From a virus, in the IMG/VR virus record IMGVR_UViG_3300032562_000016: a DNA stretch of 64,000 bases; one strand, given 5' to 3'. The notes under the pieces are model-generated. The model saw only the letters and a program-made list of their open reading frames with translations, was not told where the DNA came from and did not search any database. Position 1 is the first letter of the stretch. Each line of letters opens with the position of its first letter. The position numbers and the translations under genes are program-made. Below, in pieces: positions 37,044 through 45,662 of this stretch.

Positions 37044-37404
37044 TGAAGAATTAATGCAGTTGATGACTGATATGGATTTGCATGAAGGTGGTATGGAAAA
37101 CTGGGTTCTTGATAATGCTTGGTTGCGGGTGGCTAATGCAGTTGAAGAAAAAGAACGTGAGCGTATAAAAAAACAGAACGCACCCGAGATTGAAAAGACT
37201 AATGCTTACATAAAACAACTAGAGCTAGAAAAGATGGAGTCTGACATTTTGCACAATGAGCACCTAAAACTGTTGGGCGAAATTAAAGCTATGACAGAAG
37301 CATCGAGATCGGCTGAACGTGAGGTGATTCTTGATTTGGTTGACGGTTACGCAAAAAACAACACAGACCTAGTTGAGGCAATTCAAGCAAGGGGACAAGA
37401 ATGA
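37030..37404 (+). CDS. coiled-coil protein ending ...EAIQARGQE*
   Basis: 124 aa; the 3' end is the conserved junction GCAAGGGGACAAGAATGA. Confidence 0.45.
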   Translation: MGMTNEELMQLMTDMDLHEGGMENWVLDNAWLRVANAVEEKERERIKKQNAPEIEKTNAYIKQLELEKMESDILHNEHLKLLGEIKAMTEASRSAEREVILDLVDGYAKNNTDLVEAIQARGQE

Positions 37405-37562
37405 AGATTAGGGTATGGCGCAGACAGATGACCAGAAGGGACACAGGTTTTGTAAGATCATTGGATAGGTTGATGGATCTAATGGCATATCACTCGAATA
37501 AACTTTCAAAGACGTTACAAGATGTTTATACAAATTCTTTACGAGCAAGGGGACAAGAATGA
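37401..37562 (+). CDS. small protein (53 aa, below cutoff) ending ...SLRARGQE*
   Basis: Manual translation MKIRVWRRQMTRRDTGFVRSLDRLMDLMAYHSNKLSKTLQDVYTNSLRARGQE. Both ends use the conserved ATGA junction. Confidence 0.4.
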   Translation: MKIRVWRRQMTRRDTGFVRSLDRLMDLMAYHSNKLSKTLQDVYTNSLRARGQE

Positions 37563-37789
37563 ATAAAATAATTGCACTAAGAGAAGGAATGGCAACTGTT
37601 GGGGATAACGCTTTAGAGTACATGGATGAATGGAAATCGGAAATGATTACTAGCTCCAAAGTTGTGATTATTTTTAGCGATGAGGCAGGTGCTTATAACA
37701 CCTATTCTGTTAACTGCAATATGGCTGAAGCGATTGGTTATTCGACACTTGCGCAAGAGATGTTGCTTAATCAGATAAGACCACAATGA
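37559..37789 (+). CDS. hypothetical small protein
   Basis: 76 aa; starts in the conserved junction. Confidence 0.4.
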   Translation: MNKIIALREGMATVGDNALEYMDEWKSEMITSSKVVIIFSDEAGAYNTYSVNCNMAEAIGYSTLAQEMLLNQIRPQ

Positions 37790-38091
37790 ATAAAGAAGAA
37801 ATAATTGAAGTTGCTATACAGGCGGGAATTAAGCATAGGACAGATGAATTTTATTCAGAATTTTGTGATGGCGTTTATTTCGATGACCTTATAACCTTTG
37901 CCAAACTAATAGCAGAAAAAGAACGTGCGTCAAATCATGCATACATTTATGAATTGGAACGTGATCTAGAGGTGGCGCAAGACAAGATTAACGATTGTCT
38001 TGTATGTCTTAACTTTAACCCTTTAGAGGCGGCGCAAGATAAGATTAAAGGTTGTCTTGGAATTCTAAACTATAACCCAAGGGGTAAATAA
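37786..38091 (+). CDS. small protein, paralog of 38424-38642, with internal tandem duplication
   Basis: Shares TFAKLIAEKERE with the downstream paralog. Internal duplication AQDKINDCLVCLNFNP/AQDKIKGCLGILNYNP is a roughly 57-nt DNA tandem repeat at about 37960-38075. Confidence 0.45.
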   Translation: MNKEEIIEVAIQAGIKHRTDEFYSEFCDGVYFDDLITFAKLIAEKERASNHAYIYELERDLEVAQDKINDCLVCLNFNPLEAAQDKIKGCLGILNYNPRGK

Positions 38092-38273
38092 TGGGTGATA
38101 TGGCTGAAGTGTGGAAAGATTGGAAAGAATACAAAAAGGAACGTAAAGATCGTTTAGGGATGCCATGCCCTGATTGCACCATTCGCTTACCAAAGGCTCA
38201 GCCAAAGATTCTCATGCCAAATCAGAAGTGTTGGTGTGGTTATGTTGATAAAAGAAAGAGGGGACAAGAATGA
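38091..38273 (+). CDS. Cys-containing small protein ending ...KRKRGQE*
   Basis: 60 aa; CPDC...C. The 3' end is the conserved junction variant AGAGGGGACAAGAATGA. Confidence 0.4.
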   Translation: MGDMAEVWKDWKEYKKERKDRLGMPCPDCTIRLPKAQPKILMPNQKCWCGYVDKRKRGQE

Positions 38274-38431
38274 ATTTTAATCAAGGTAAATTAGCTGAAG
38301 GTCTTGTTGATGAAGTATTACAAATAATTCACAATTATGACGATACCCTTTACATGGCAACCGTAATTGGATGTTTGGAGTTGGTGAAGCAACAGTTAAT
38401 TAATGATGCTATGGAGGAAGATAATGACTAA
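38270..38431 (+). CDS. small protein (53 aa, below cutoff)
   Basis: Manual translation MNFNQGKLAEGLVDEVLQIIHNYDD...; starts in the conserved junction. Confidence 0.35.
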   Translation: MNFNQGKLAEGLVDEVLQIIHNYDDTLYMATVIGCLELVKQQLINDAMEEDND

Positions 38432-38642
38432 AGAAGAAGAAATAATTGAAATTGCTAGACATGCAGACCGAGAATGGGATTGCGACAGAGATATGTTTGA
38501 ATGGCTTGAAACTTTTGCCAAACTAATAGCAGAAAAAGAACGTGAGGAATGTGCAAAGGTGTGTGATGCGTATGACAACGGTAGATATTCAAATGCCGCA
38601 GATTTGTGCGCTGAAGCAATCAGAGCAAGGGGACAAGAATGA
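38424..38642 (+). CDS. small protein ending ...EAIRARGQE* (paralog of 37786-38091; MTKEE start)
   Basis: The track ORF starts at 38403; the ATG at 38424 has GGAGG upstream. The 3' end is the conserved junction. Confidence 0.45.
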   Translation: MTKEEEIIEIARHADREWDCDRDMFEWLETFAKLIAEKEREECAKVCDAYDNGRYSNAADLCAEAIRARGQE

Positions 38643-38881
38643 TTAAGCTAACCTACGAACATATTTGTGACGGATGCAAGAAAACGCTTGATACAGAAGT
38701 TTATGAATGCAGTGACTATCCTGGAATGGAATTTCCAAAAACACACAGAATGTTTTCATTTCATTGGCGAGGATTAAATGCTCAGCTTTGCAAAGATTGT
38801 GCGGCTCCTTTGTATGAAGCACAAGAGCAAACTATGAAAATAATTATTGCTAATAGGGATCAAGACATTTTGATAAATTAA
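38639..38881 (+). CDS. Cys-rich small protein
   Basis: 80 aa; CDGC...C...C. Confidence 0.4.
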   Translation: MIKLTYEHICDGCKKTLDTEVYECSDYPGMEFPKTHRMFSFHWRGLNAQLCKDCAAPLYEAQEQTMKIIIANRDQDILIN

Positions 38882-38911
38882 CTGACGAAGAAAACGTTAT
38901 ATTTTTATACT

Positions 38912-39196
38912 TTGATAGGAAAAGAATTCTTGAACAACAAACTATCCGCGAAAGAAAGACAGTATGTAGGGTTAGTTAAAAGCTTACCCTGCTCCGTCTG
39001 TGACGCGCCAGGCCCTTCAGATGCTCATCACGTTAAACAACATAGACAATACACCGTTGTTGCTTTGTGCAGAGATTGTCATACAGGATATAATGGATGG
39101 CATGGAACCAAAGCATTTTGGCGAATACGTAAGCTAGATGAATTGGATGCTCTTAATATAACCATTGAAAGAATGGTTGAATTACTTAAATCTTAA
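38912..39196 (+). CDS. small HNH-like zinc-binding protein
   Basis: CSVCDAPGPSDAHHV...CRDCHTGYNGWHG has His/Cys spacing reminiscent of small phage HNH nucleases. Confidence 0.35.
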   Translation: MIGKEFLNNKLSAKERQYVGLVKSLPCSVCDAPGPSDAHHVKQHRQYTVVALCRDCHTGYNGWHGTKAFWRIRKLDELDALNITIERMVELLKS

Positions 39197-39231
39197 ATAC
39201 TACATTTACTTTAAATATTAATACTTATAGA

Positions 39232-39275
39232 GGGGACAATTATAACGGTAATAATGGTCCCACCATAAAGTATTA
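39232..39275. repeat. Copy B of the perfect 44-bp inverted repeat (partner at 16830-16873). It overlaps the stop codon of the 2125-aa gene.
   Basis: Exact reverse-complement identity to 16830-16873, verified base by base. Confidence 0.9.
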
Positions 39276-42200
39276 CTTTTTCATAGACAGCCTAATACTT
39301 TCTGCTCTCTGTGCTAGATCAGATATCAATCCTTTAAGTCTTAAGACCTCATTTGCCTTCTGTTCTCCGGTCAAAGATGTATTGTTTGGATCTTGAATAT
39401 GATTCAACTGCTTACGAATGTTAGCCATATTCTTAGACGTTGCATCATACATTTTCTCAAGCCGGATCAGATCGCCCTTCTCTTCTAATATCTGCTGAAC
39501 CTTAGAAGAATCTCCAATCTCAGCATAATGCCTCATATCTGCATATGCTTCGCTGATAGCCTGGTTATTCTGATAGAAATCAGTAACGTAAGTAGATTGA
39601 ACGCTAGGTAGTTTTTGCACAAAACCTAAGCTCATCCGCTTTTGCCAATCCGCATCCGCATAAACACCATTATTAAACGGCATCATTGCATATTGAGATG
39701 TAGTCGCTATAGTTCCACCAAGCCATCCTAGATAGCTTTTAATCATGTAATCTATCTGTACTGGAGACATTTCTGCCTTGCCGCCGGAAACAGCTCCTAG
39801 GGCCTTGGAAACGCCTCCTAGACCCTTTGCCAAAGCACTGGTTTCATTGGTCATACGTTCTTGCTTAGATAACCGCTCCATGCCCGCAGTTTCAATCGGC
39901 GCATTGGTAAAGGAATCTTTATTAGCATAGACGTCAATTAAAGGCTTAAAGAACTGAGGAGTAGGATCCATAGAGAAAGTCTGGAACACCATTCGTCCAA
40001 TACTCTCTCCAAAGCGTTTTCCTTCTACGTCTTTATCTACGATCTGCTCCAAAGACCGCTCGGCTAAAGTACCAATAGATCCAAATTCAAACGGCTTAGG
40101 AATGCGAATAACTTCCTGGGTTCCAGGTATCTTAAACCACCAGAAGAAATCACGATCCCACTGCTCGCGCTTCTTAAAGTCATCATCATCTTTGAATGCC
40201 ATGTACAAAGCCATAGACGCTAAAGATATTGCGCCGGCAACAGTCATAAAGGACTGAGCCTTTTGTTTTTCATCTTGAGTAAGCGGATTACCATCTGGTC
40301 TATAGAACACCCTTACCGTAGGAATAACACCGTCTCTACCAAGCTTATACAAGCCCTGCAAACGAGCATTCAAAAACGGAACGATCTGAGACAAATACCT
40401 GATAGCCCCACTAGATCCTTGCATGGAGAAGTCCATCAAATCGCGAGCGTGGTAGCTGGCCTCTAAGTGGCTCATGCCTTCACTTTTTAACTTTTCATAT
40501 AAAGCTATGCGGTTAATATTCTCAGATCTATTTCCTATGTCTTCATAGTTATGCCAGATCTTAGTTAGCCAGAACTTAGCCTTTTCCTTGGTATCAACAA
40601 TATTATCTCCATTGACACCGCGGGCCAATAGCTTCTTAATTACTTCACTTCTATTACCTTCTAATGTAGTGCCGTAATTAAATACACCGCCACCGGCGAG
40701 AGCGGCTATGTAAACGGGCGAATCTTTATGAGAAGATGCCCATCCATCCATTACGTTCTTAACAAAGTTATTATTAAGGCCAGATAGACCTGCCGCCTGG
40801 ATCGAATCCTTAATCAAGTTAGATGCCTTGAAAGCGGGAGATAGCGTTACACCAAACCGTAGCGCATTCTTAAACCCGCGCATAACATCAAGAACTTTAG
40901 ATTGTGGTCCTAAATATGTAACAGCACTGAGAGACTCAAAAAGGAACGGATCATTGATATGAAAATGAGTTTCATGTCCTTCAATATTTACCTTGACCGT
41001 TTCGCGCCCAGCAGTTGTATAGCTGAGCATCTTTTTATTCCCATCCTCATCCTTACCTTCCTGAACCAGATCTCCATTGCCTACAATCTTGCCAGTCTTT
41101 TCATTGTGCACTGCACCATCTTTCCAGAAAAATCCTTGCTTAAGATTTGGAGTAGCAGCGCCTAGTCCAGAAGCATCTTGAATGGTTGTCAAAGACGCTT
41201 GATTCTTCATAGAGGCGGAAAGGATATGGCTCCAGTTTCTAAGCGTATTCTCCATAAGATCGGAGAACGGCTTTTCGCCTCCTCCTTTAAGCATCTTAGA
41301 GAATTGCTGGTTGGTCATCCTGGAGGCGGTACGGATTGATTCAATCTTTCCATCTTCCATTACCTTATAAAAAGGAACGAAGAAGGCATCATTAGAAAAT
41401 CTTTCGTATGCTTCTTTGTCTATTAAATTTTGCTTGAGCGCAACATCTAAAACAGACTTATTAAGCGCCATCATATCCTTACGAGCTTGCTCATAAACTC
41501 CGTCTTTGCCGTTTTTATCTTTTCCAATTCTTGGTCTTCCGTTAATCTCGCCTTTAACGTACTCATCTTTCTTGGATACAAGATTGGCCAAGGCAGGAGT
41601 GCGCTTATGCTCTGGCAATAATGCCTCTCTATTAAGAGCCATCCACTGCTGGAACCTATCCACTTCTTTACCAAGAGGAGCTAAAGCCTGGATCATCCCT
41701 TTAAAATTATCTCCTTGCTTAATGGTTAGCGCTCCGTCTTCTAGCGCGATATGGCCATTAAACATCATGCCATGCAACCCTCCGTCAACAGATGATGCTA
41801 GACGAGCTTGCATATAACCCATAGGAGAGAAATCTTTAATAGCGCGGTACTGATCAACAGTCTTTTGCGCAATCATCTTCCAGAAGTTATCTTTGTTCTC
41901 TGCAATACGGTCTATGATTGTCTTGCTTCTAGGATGGAATATTTTTTCTGCCTCATCAACAGTAGAAGAAGGCATCCCCTCATAAGCACTTTTATCCGAA
42001 GGTGCGCGTTTTTGTAAAACGTCCTGAGCTTTATTTACTGCCGCCTGAGCCATTTCTGGAACAGACTTCATAGCAAACATCTCTTGCGCTTTCTTAGAGA
42101 ATAGCGACTGCTGAACCATTTTCCCGGTAGACGGCTTGCCTAAAGCATAGCCCTCCTTAACCATTCCATTTTGTAAAGGAATTAGAGTGTCATCCAGTAA

Positions 42201-45200
42201 TGATTCAGTTGTTCTAACCAGTCTATCTAATGCTGTTTCAAAGTTCTTAGCAATGCCTAGCACCTGGCGAATCAAACCAATAATGTGAGAAAAGACTGTT
42301 TTATTTCCTACCTTAATATCAGATAAGAATTTCTGCATTCCTTTATCCGTCATACCCCAGGAGATAAGCTCATCAGGATCTGACAAAGCATTGTTCATGC
42401 GCTTGTAGTAATTCTTTAAAACATCAGGTAAATCAGCGCCTTTATTCTTTGCTATTTCCTCGTTAAATTTATTAACAACAGTCTCATGCAAGCTTCTAAT
42501 CTCTTTTACCAATGGATCTGTACTGGCCAAAAATCTCATCTGACCGCGAGTAGCAGCGTGGAGCAGTTCATGTAGCACCACCGTATAGTCCATACCAGAA
42601 GGGAAGCCATTTTGATTGGCAAATACTGGAGCACCATTTAGCTTAATGGAAATAAGCGTAGGCTGTCCTTGGGCGCCCCAAACAAAACTTGTTAATCCCT
42701 TAGCAGACCTTAGATCCCCAGTCCTGGAGTTACCGCTTGCGACTTCAAAGTTATATACTACTCCGGCCTTTTGCATAGACTGGAGGCGGGTTAAAACTTT
42801 ATTGGCTACAAACCTAGCAAAGCTATTTGGCGCGTTGGCAATAGCCCATTGAGCAGCCTGAATGAATGTTTTACCAGTAAGCTCTTTCTGAATCCTAGCT
42901 TCTTCTGGATTATTTGCCGGCTTATTGCTTACATCTTTTGATTGTAAAGTCTCAGGTTTATTGCCAAGATAATCCTTTATAGCTGAAGTCAAAAACTGAT
43001 GATACATATCCTCAGCTTCAGCTTGAGTTTCTCCTCTGGTAAAGGCTTCCTCATGTATTCTTCTTGTATCAATACCTATTTGCTTGGCAAAGCTTATAAG
43101 GTTATCTAGTAACTCATTTTCTAATTCGTCTTCATATATGGGCTTACCATTTAAATGGGCAATGAGTAGACTTTTTTGATAGTCTTTATACTCCTCATCT
43201 CCTTTTTGATTTAATGATTCCTCTATATTTTCTGGTTTTTGTCTATCGTTTTTAATTGCTTGTCTAGCATCTTCGTGATCACTAGGATCTAAAATGTATC
43301 CAGACTCATGCAAAGCTGTAGCGGCTTTATCCATCCGCATCCCTTTTTCGGGATTATTTTGCCCTGCGTATAACCATCCAGCACCAACTTTAATATTAGG
43401 CACATCCTCATGCCCCATCTCAGTTTTCTCATCTGGATGTAGTCCACCTTGCGATGCTATAAAACTCCTAGCACCCATCTTTTCGCCGGAAGCAGTGACT
43501 TTACCTAGGTTGCGATTATTCTTTTTCTCAGAATCTAACTGAGCTTGTGTCTTTGGAGTAAGAACAAATTCATTGCCAATCGGCAATATTCGCATTAATG
43601 GTTGCAATTTCTTCGCTTGAATAGCATCTTCTTTATGCTTAAAGCGAGTTGCTCCCTCTGACAATAATCCAGTAATGGGATTATTTAAATCGTCATATCC
43701 AACAATGCCTATGTTTTCAGGATGCTCAGATGATTTAATTTCTGGCTTAGGCTTTGTAACCGTTTCTTTTGGCATGGTCCCGTAAACTTGGTCCCATTGC
43801 TCATTCTCCATCATCTTTTGTCTATCTTCCCACTTTTGCATCCACCTATCTTTTGATGAAGCAGTCTGTATAGCTTTCTTTTTCTCATCAGGAGACATGG
43901 CATCCCAAGCTTGTTGAGCTGTAGGAGGAGGCGGTTGCATAGGAGCATTTTCAACAACAGGAGCTCCAATGGCTTGTAAAGCTCTATTGCGATCTAATTT
44001 GTCCTTAATAGGATCATCGCTAAACTTTGTTTTATTAATCTGAGCTATAGCCTTTTTTTGCCTGGTATCTTGCTCTACTTGTTGCGCTGCAACATTAGTT
44101 CTTGCTTGTCCCAATAATTGATTATTTATATTTTGCTGGCCAAGTAATTGGCTCATTGGTGTATTTGTCAATGATTGACCAAGCTGAGGAGCAACCGGCG
44201 CTTCTGGAGCGGCTTGTTCGGGTTGCATTGCAGCCACTTGTTGCGGTTGTAAAGCAGCTAATTCTTTGTTTTGAATTAACTGATTCATCATTGGATCAGT
44301 GTGATATTGGGTTTGTTTAACTTGTTTTATTTGTTCTTGTCTTTGAGCTTCTGCTTCAGCGGCGGCCTGAGCTTGTTGTTGACGAGCAGCATCTAAAAAT
44401 CCCATTTGATTTGCAGGACCGGCAAACCCAGGAAGATTACGGAACCTATCGGATTGATCCCCTTCAAACATAGGAGCATAAGAACTAGGCTGTTCTTCTT
44501 GTTCTGGCTCTTGAATTGCTTGCGCTTGTTTAATAGGCGCAGCATTCATTCTTGTATTAACACCGCCTACGCCGCCAGGAACTATGCCCATAGCAAACGC
44601 GCCACCAGCAGTATTAATATACTCATTGATAGCGTTCTTATCTGCTAACGGTAACCCAGCACCATAACGCTCAGCAGCTTGTTGGACGAGCTCAGGAGGA
44701 ACTTCTTTAGCACCAGTGGCTAACATTCCTTTACCAATATCCAAAAATAAATTGCGGGTAGATTTAGATCCTATTCCTTCAAGTCCACCTAGACCAATCT
44801 TTTCAGCAGCAAAGTCGGCAAGAGAATGAACCGCAACAGCAGGAGCTAACTTAGAAAAGTCAATCTTATCTGTATCGTATCCGGCTTCCTGGGCAGCTCT
44901 ACTTGTTGGTTCACCAATACCATGAAATAAAGCTTGGCTGGCTACTCCAGCATTCTGTCCAAAAGTAGATGCTCCTGAACTAGCGTACTTAGCTAATTCT
45001 TCTTTTGCCAAAGTTTGCTTAGCTTTATCTTCTACAAAGGTCTGGGCCGCAATCTTAGCTGCATCTTTAGTAGCTCCATTCTTAAGCTCATTCTCAAGAA
45101 CTTCCTTTGCTGCATTCTTAATCCCTTGCTTAACCAATGACTTGTTTAATATAGGAGCCATTGCGCCTTCTAGCGTACCTGCTCCAGGGGCTATAGCTGT

Positions 45201-45650
45201 TCCAAGAGCTCCGCCGGCCAAAGCAAATGCGCCAGTCTCGGCCAAGTTAGATACGCCGCTACCAATCTGATAAGGAAGCCAATCTGTGAGAACCGTACTA
45301 ATCCCTTTGTGATAAGCATTTTCTAAATCATCAGATTCTTTAGCATTCTTTTCCTGGGATTCGTTTGCTTCTTTAAGGTTCTTAACCCCTTTGCCTAGCA
45401 AATAGTCAGATACTACGCCCTTACCTAAGACATGCTTAGCACCTGCCCCTAGTAGGGTTTGCAATCCGCCCAACACTTCTTGGTCTTGAGATCCAATAGA
45501 AGTAAGGCCACGCATAAAGTCGCCTTGACCTTCTTTTGCGTTACCAAAATTTGCTTGAGCATAAGATAAAACTTGGTCTTCTGTAGCTCCCTCTGGAGCG
45601 TTAACGGTATATACCGTACCAGACGGATCTTTAACTTTAAAAGACGGCAT
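39273..45650 (-). CDS. giant virion protein (2125 aa): putative ejected/internal polyvalent protein with zincin-like HExxH motif and a Q/A-rich linker
   Basis: Single uninterrupted ORF. Motif VVLHELLHAATRG (HExxH) near residue 1000. Long QQQAQAAAEAEAQ low-complexity segment. Located next to the SLT-domain protein in the late operon. Several short plus-strand ORFs inside it are spurious. Confidence 0.6.
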   Translation of the reverse strand: MPSFKVKDPSGTVYTVNAPEGATEDQVLSYAQANFGNAKEGQGDFMRGLTSIGSQDQEVLGGLQTLLGAGAKHVLGKGVVSDYLLGKGVKNLKEANESQEKNAKESDDLENAYHKGISTVLTDWLPYQIGSGVSNLAETGAFALAGGALGTAIAPGAGTLEGAMAPILNKSLVKQGIKNAAKEVLENELKNGATKDAAKIAAQTFVEDKAKQTLAKEELAKYASSGASTFGQNAGVASQALFHGIGEPTSRAAQEAGYDTDKIDFSKLAPAVAVHSLADFAAEKIGLGGLEGIGSKSTRNLFLDIGKGMLATGAKEVPPELVQQAAERYGAGLPLADKNAINEYINTAGGAFAMGIVPGGVGGVNTRMNAAPIKQAQAIQEPEQEEQPSSYAPMFEGDQSDRFRNLPGFAGPANQMGFLDAARQQQAQAAAEAEAQRQEQIKQVKQTQYHTDPMMNQLIQNKELAALQPQQVAAMQPEQAAPEAPVAPQLGQSLTNTPMSQLLGQQNINNQLLGQARTNVAAQQVEQDTRQKKAIAQINKTKFSDDPIKDKLDRNRALQAIGAPVVENAPMQPPPPTAQQAWDAMSPDEKKKAIQTASSKDRWMQKWEDRQKMMENEQWDQVYGTMPKETVTKPKPEIKSSEHPENIGIVGYDDLNNPITGLLSEGATRFKHKEDAIQAKKLQPLMRILPIGNEFVLTPKTQAQLDSEKKNNRNLGKVTASGEKMGARSFIASQGGLHPDEKTEMGHEDVPNIKVGAGWLYAGQNNPEKGMRMDKAATALHESGYILDPSDHEDARQAIKNDRQKPENIEESLNQKGDEEYKDYQKSLLIAHLNGKPIYEDELENELLDNLISFAKQIGIDTRRIHEEAFTRGETQAEAEDMYHQFLTSAIKDYLGNKPETLQSKDVSNKPANNPEEARIQKELTGKTFIQAAQWAIANAPNSFARFVANKVLTRLQSMQKAGVVYNFEVASGNSRTGDLRSAKGLTSFVWGAQGQPTLISIKLNGAPVFANQNGFPSGMDYTVVLHELLHAATRGQMRFLASTDPLVKEIRSLHETVVNKFNEEIAKNKGADLPDVLKNYYKRMNNALSDPDELISWGMTDKGMQKFLSDIKVGNKTVFSHIIGLIRQVLGIAKNFETALDRLVRTTESLLDDTLIPLQNGMVKEGYALGKPSTGKMVQQSLFSKKAQEMFAMKSVPEMAQAAVNKAQDVLQKRAPSDKSAYEGMPSSTVDEAEKIFHPRSKTIIDRIAENKDNFWKMIAQKTVDQYRAIKDFSPMGYMQARLASSVDGGLHGMMFNGHIALEDGALTIKQGDNFKGMIQALAPLGKEVDRFQQWMALNREALLPEHKRTPALANLVSKKDEYVKGEINGRPRIGKDKNGKDGVYEQARKDMMALNKSVLDVALKQNLIDKEAYERFSNDAFFVPFYKVMEDGKIESIRTASRMTNQQFSKMLKGGGEKPFSDLMENTLRNWSHILSASMKNQASLTTIQDASGLGAATPNLKQGFFWKDGAVHNEKTGKIVGNGDLVQEGKDEDGNKKMLSYTTAGRETVKVNIEGHETHFHINDPFLFESLSAVTYLGPQSKVLDVMRGFKNALRFGVTLSPAFKASNLIKDSIQAAGLSGLNNNFVKNVMDGWASSHKDSPVYIAALAGGGVFNYGTTLEGNRSEVIKKLLARGVNGDNIVDTKEKAKFWLTKIWHNYEDIGNRSENINRIALYEKLKSEGMSHLEASYHARDLMDFSMQGSSGAIRYLSQIVPFLNARLQGLYKLGRDGVIPTVRVFYRPDGNPLTQDEKQKAQSFMTVAGAISLASMALYMAFKDDDDFKKREQWDRDFFWWFKIPGTQEVIRIPKPFEFGSIGTLAERSLEQIVDKDVEGKRFGESIGRMVFQTFSMDPTPQFFKPLIDVYANKDSFTNAPIETAGMERLSKQERMTNETSALAKGLGGVSKALGAVSGGKAEMSPVQIDYMIKSYLGWLGGTIATTSQYAMMPFNNGVYADADWQKRMSLGFVQKLPSVQSTYVTDFYQNNQAISEAYADMRHYAEIGDSSKVQQILEEKGDLIRLEKMYDATSKNMANIRKQLNHIQDPNNTSLTGEQKANEVLRLKGLISDLAQRAESIRLSMKK

Positions 45651-45662
45651 TAAATGCTCCTA

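Noticed and set aside
37960-38075. Roughly 57-nt tandem duplication inside gene 37786-38091 as a regulatory repeat
   Set aside because: It is in-frame and simply duplicates a peptide segment (AQDKI...NxNP); a recent coding tandem duplication rather than a cis element.
40263-44648. Multiple short plus-strand ORFs inside the 2125-aa gene, and similar nested ORFs in other large minus-strand genes (e.g. 46185-46430, 47077-47555, 52393-52596)
   Set aside because: Antisense to a long continuous ORF. No start signals and unremarkable composition. Treated as spurious.
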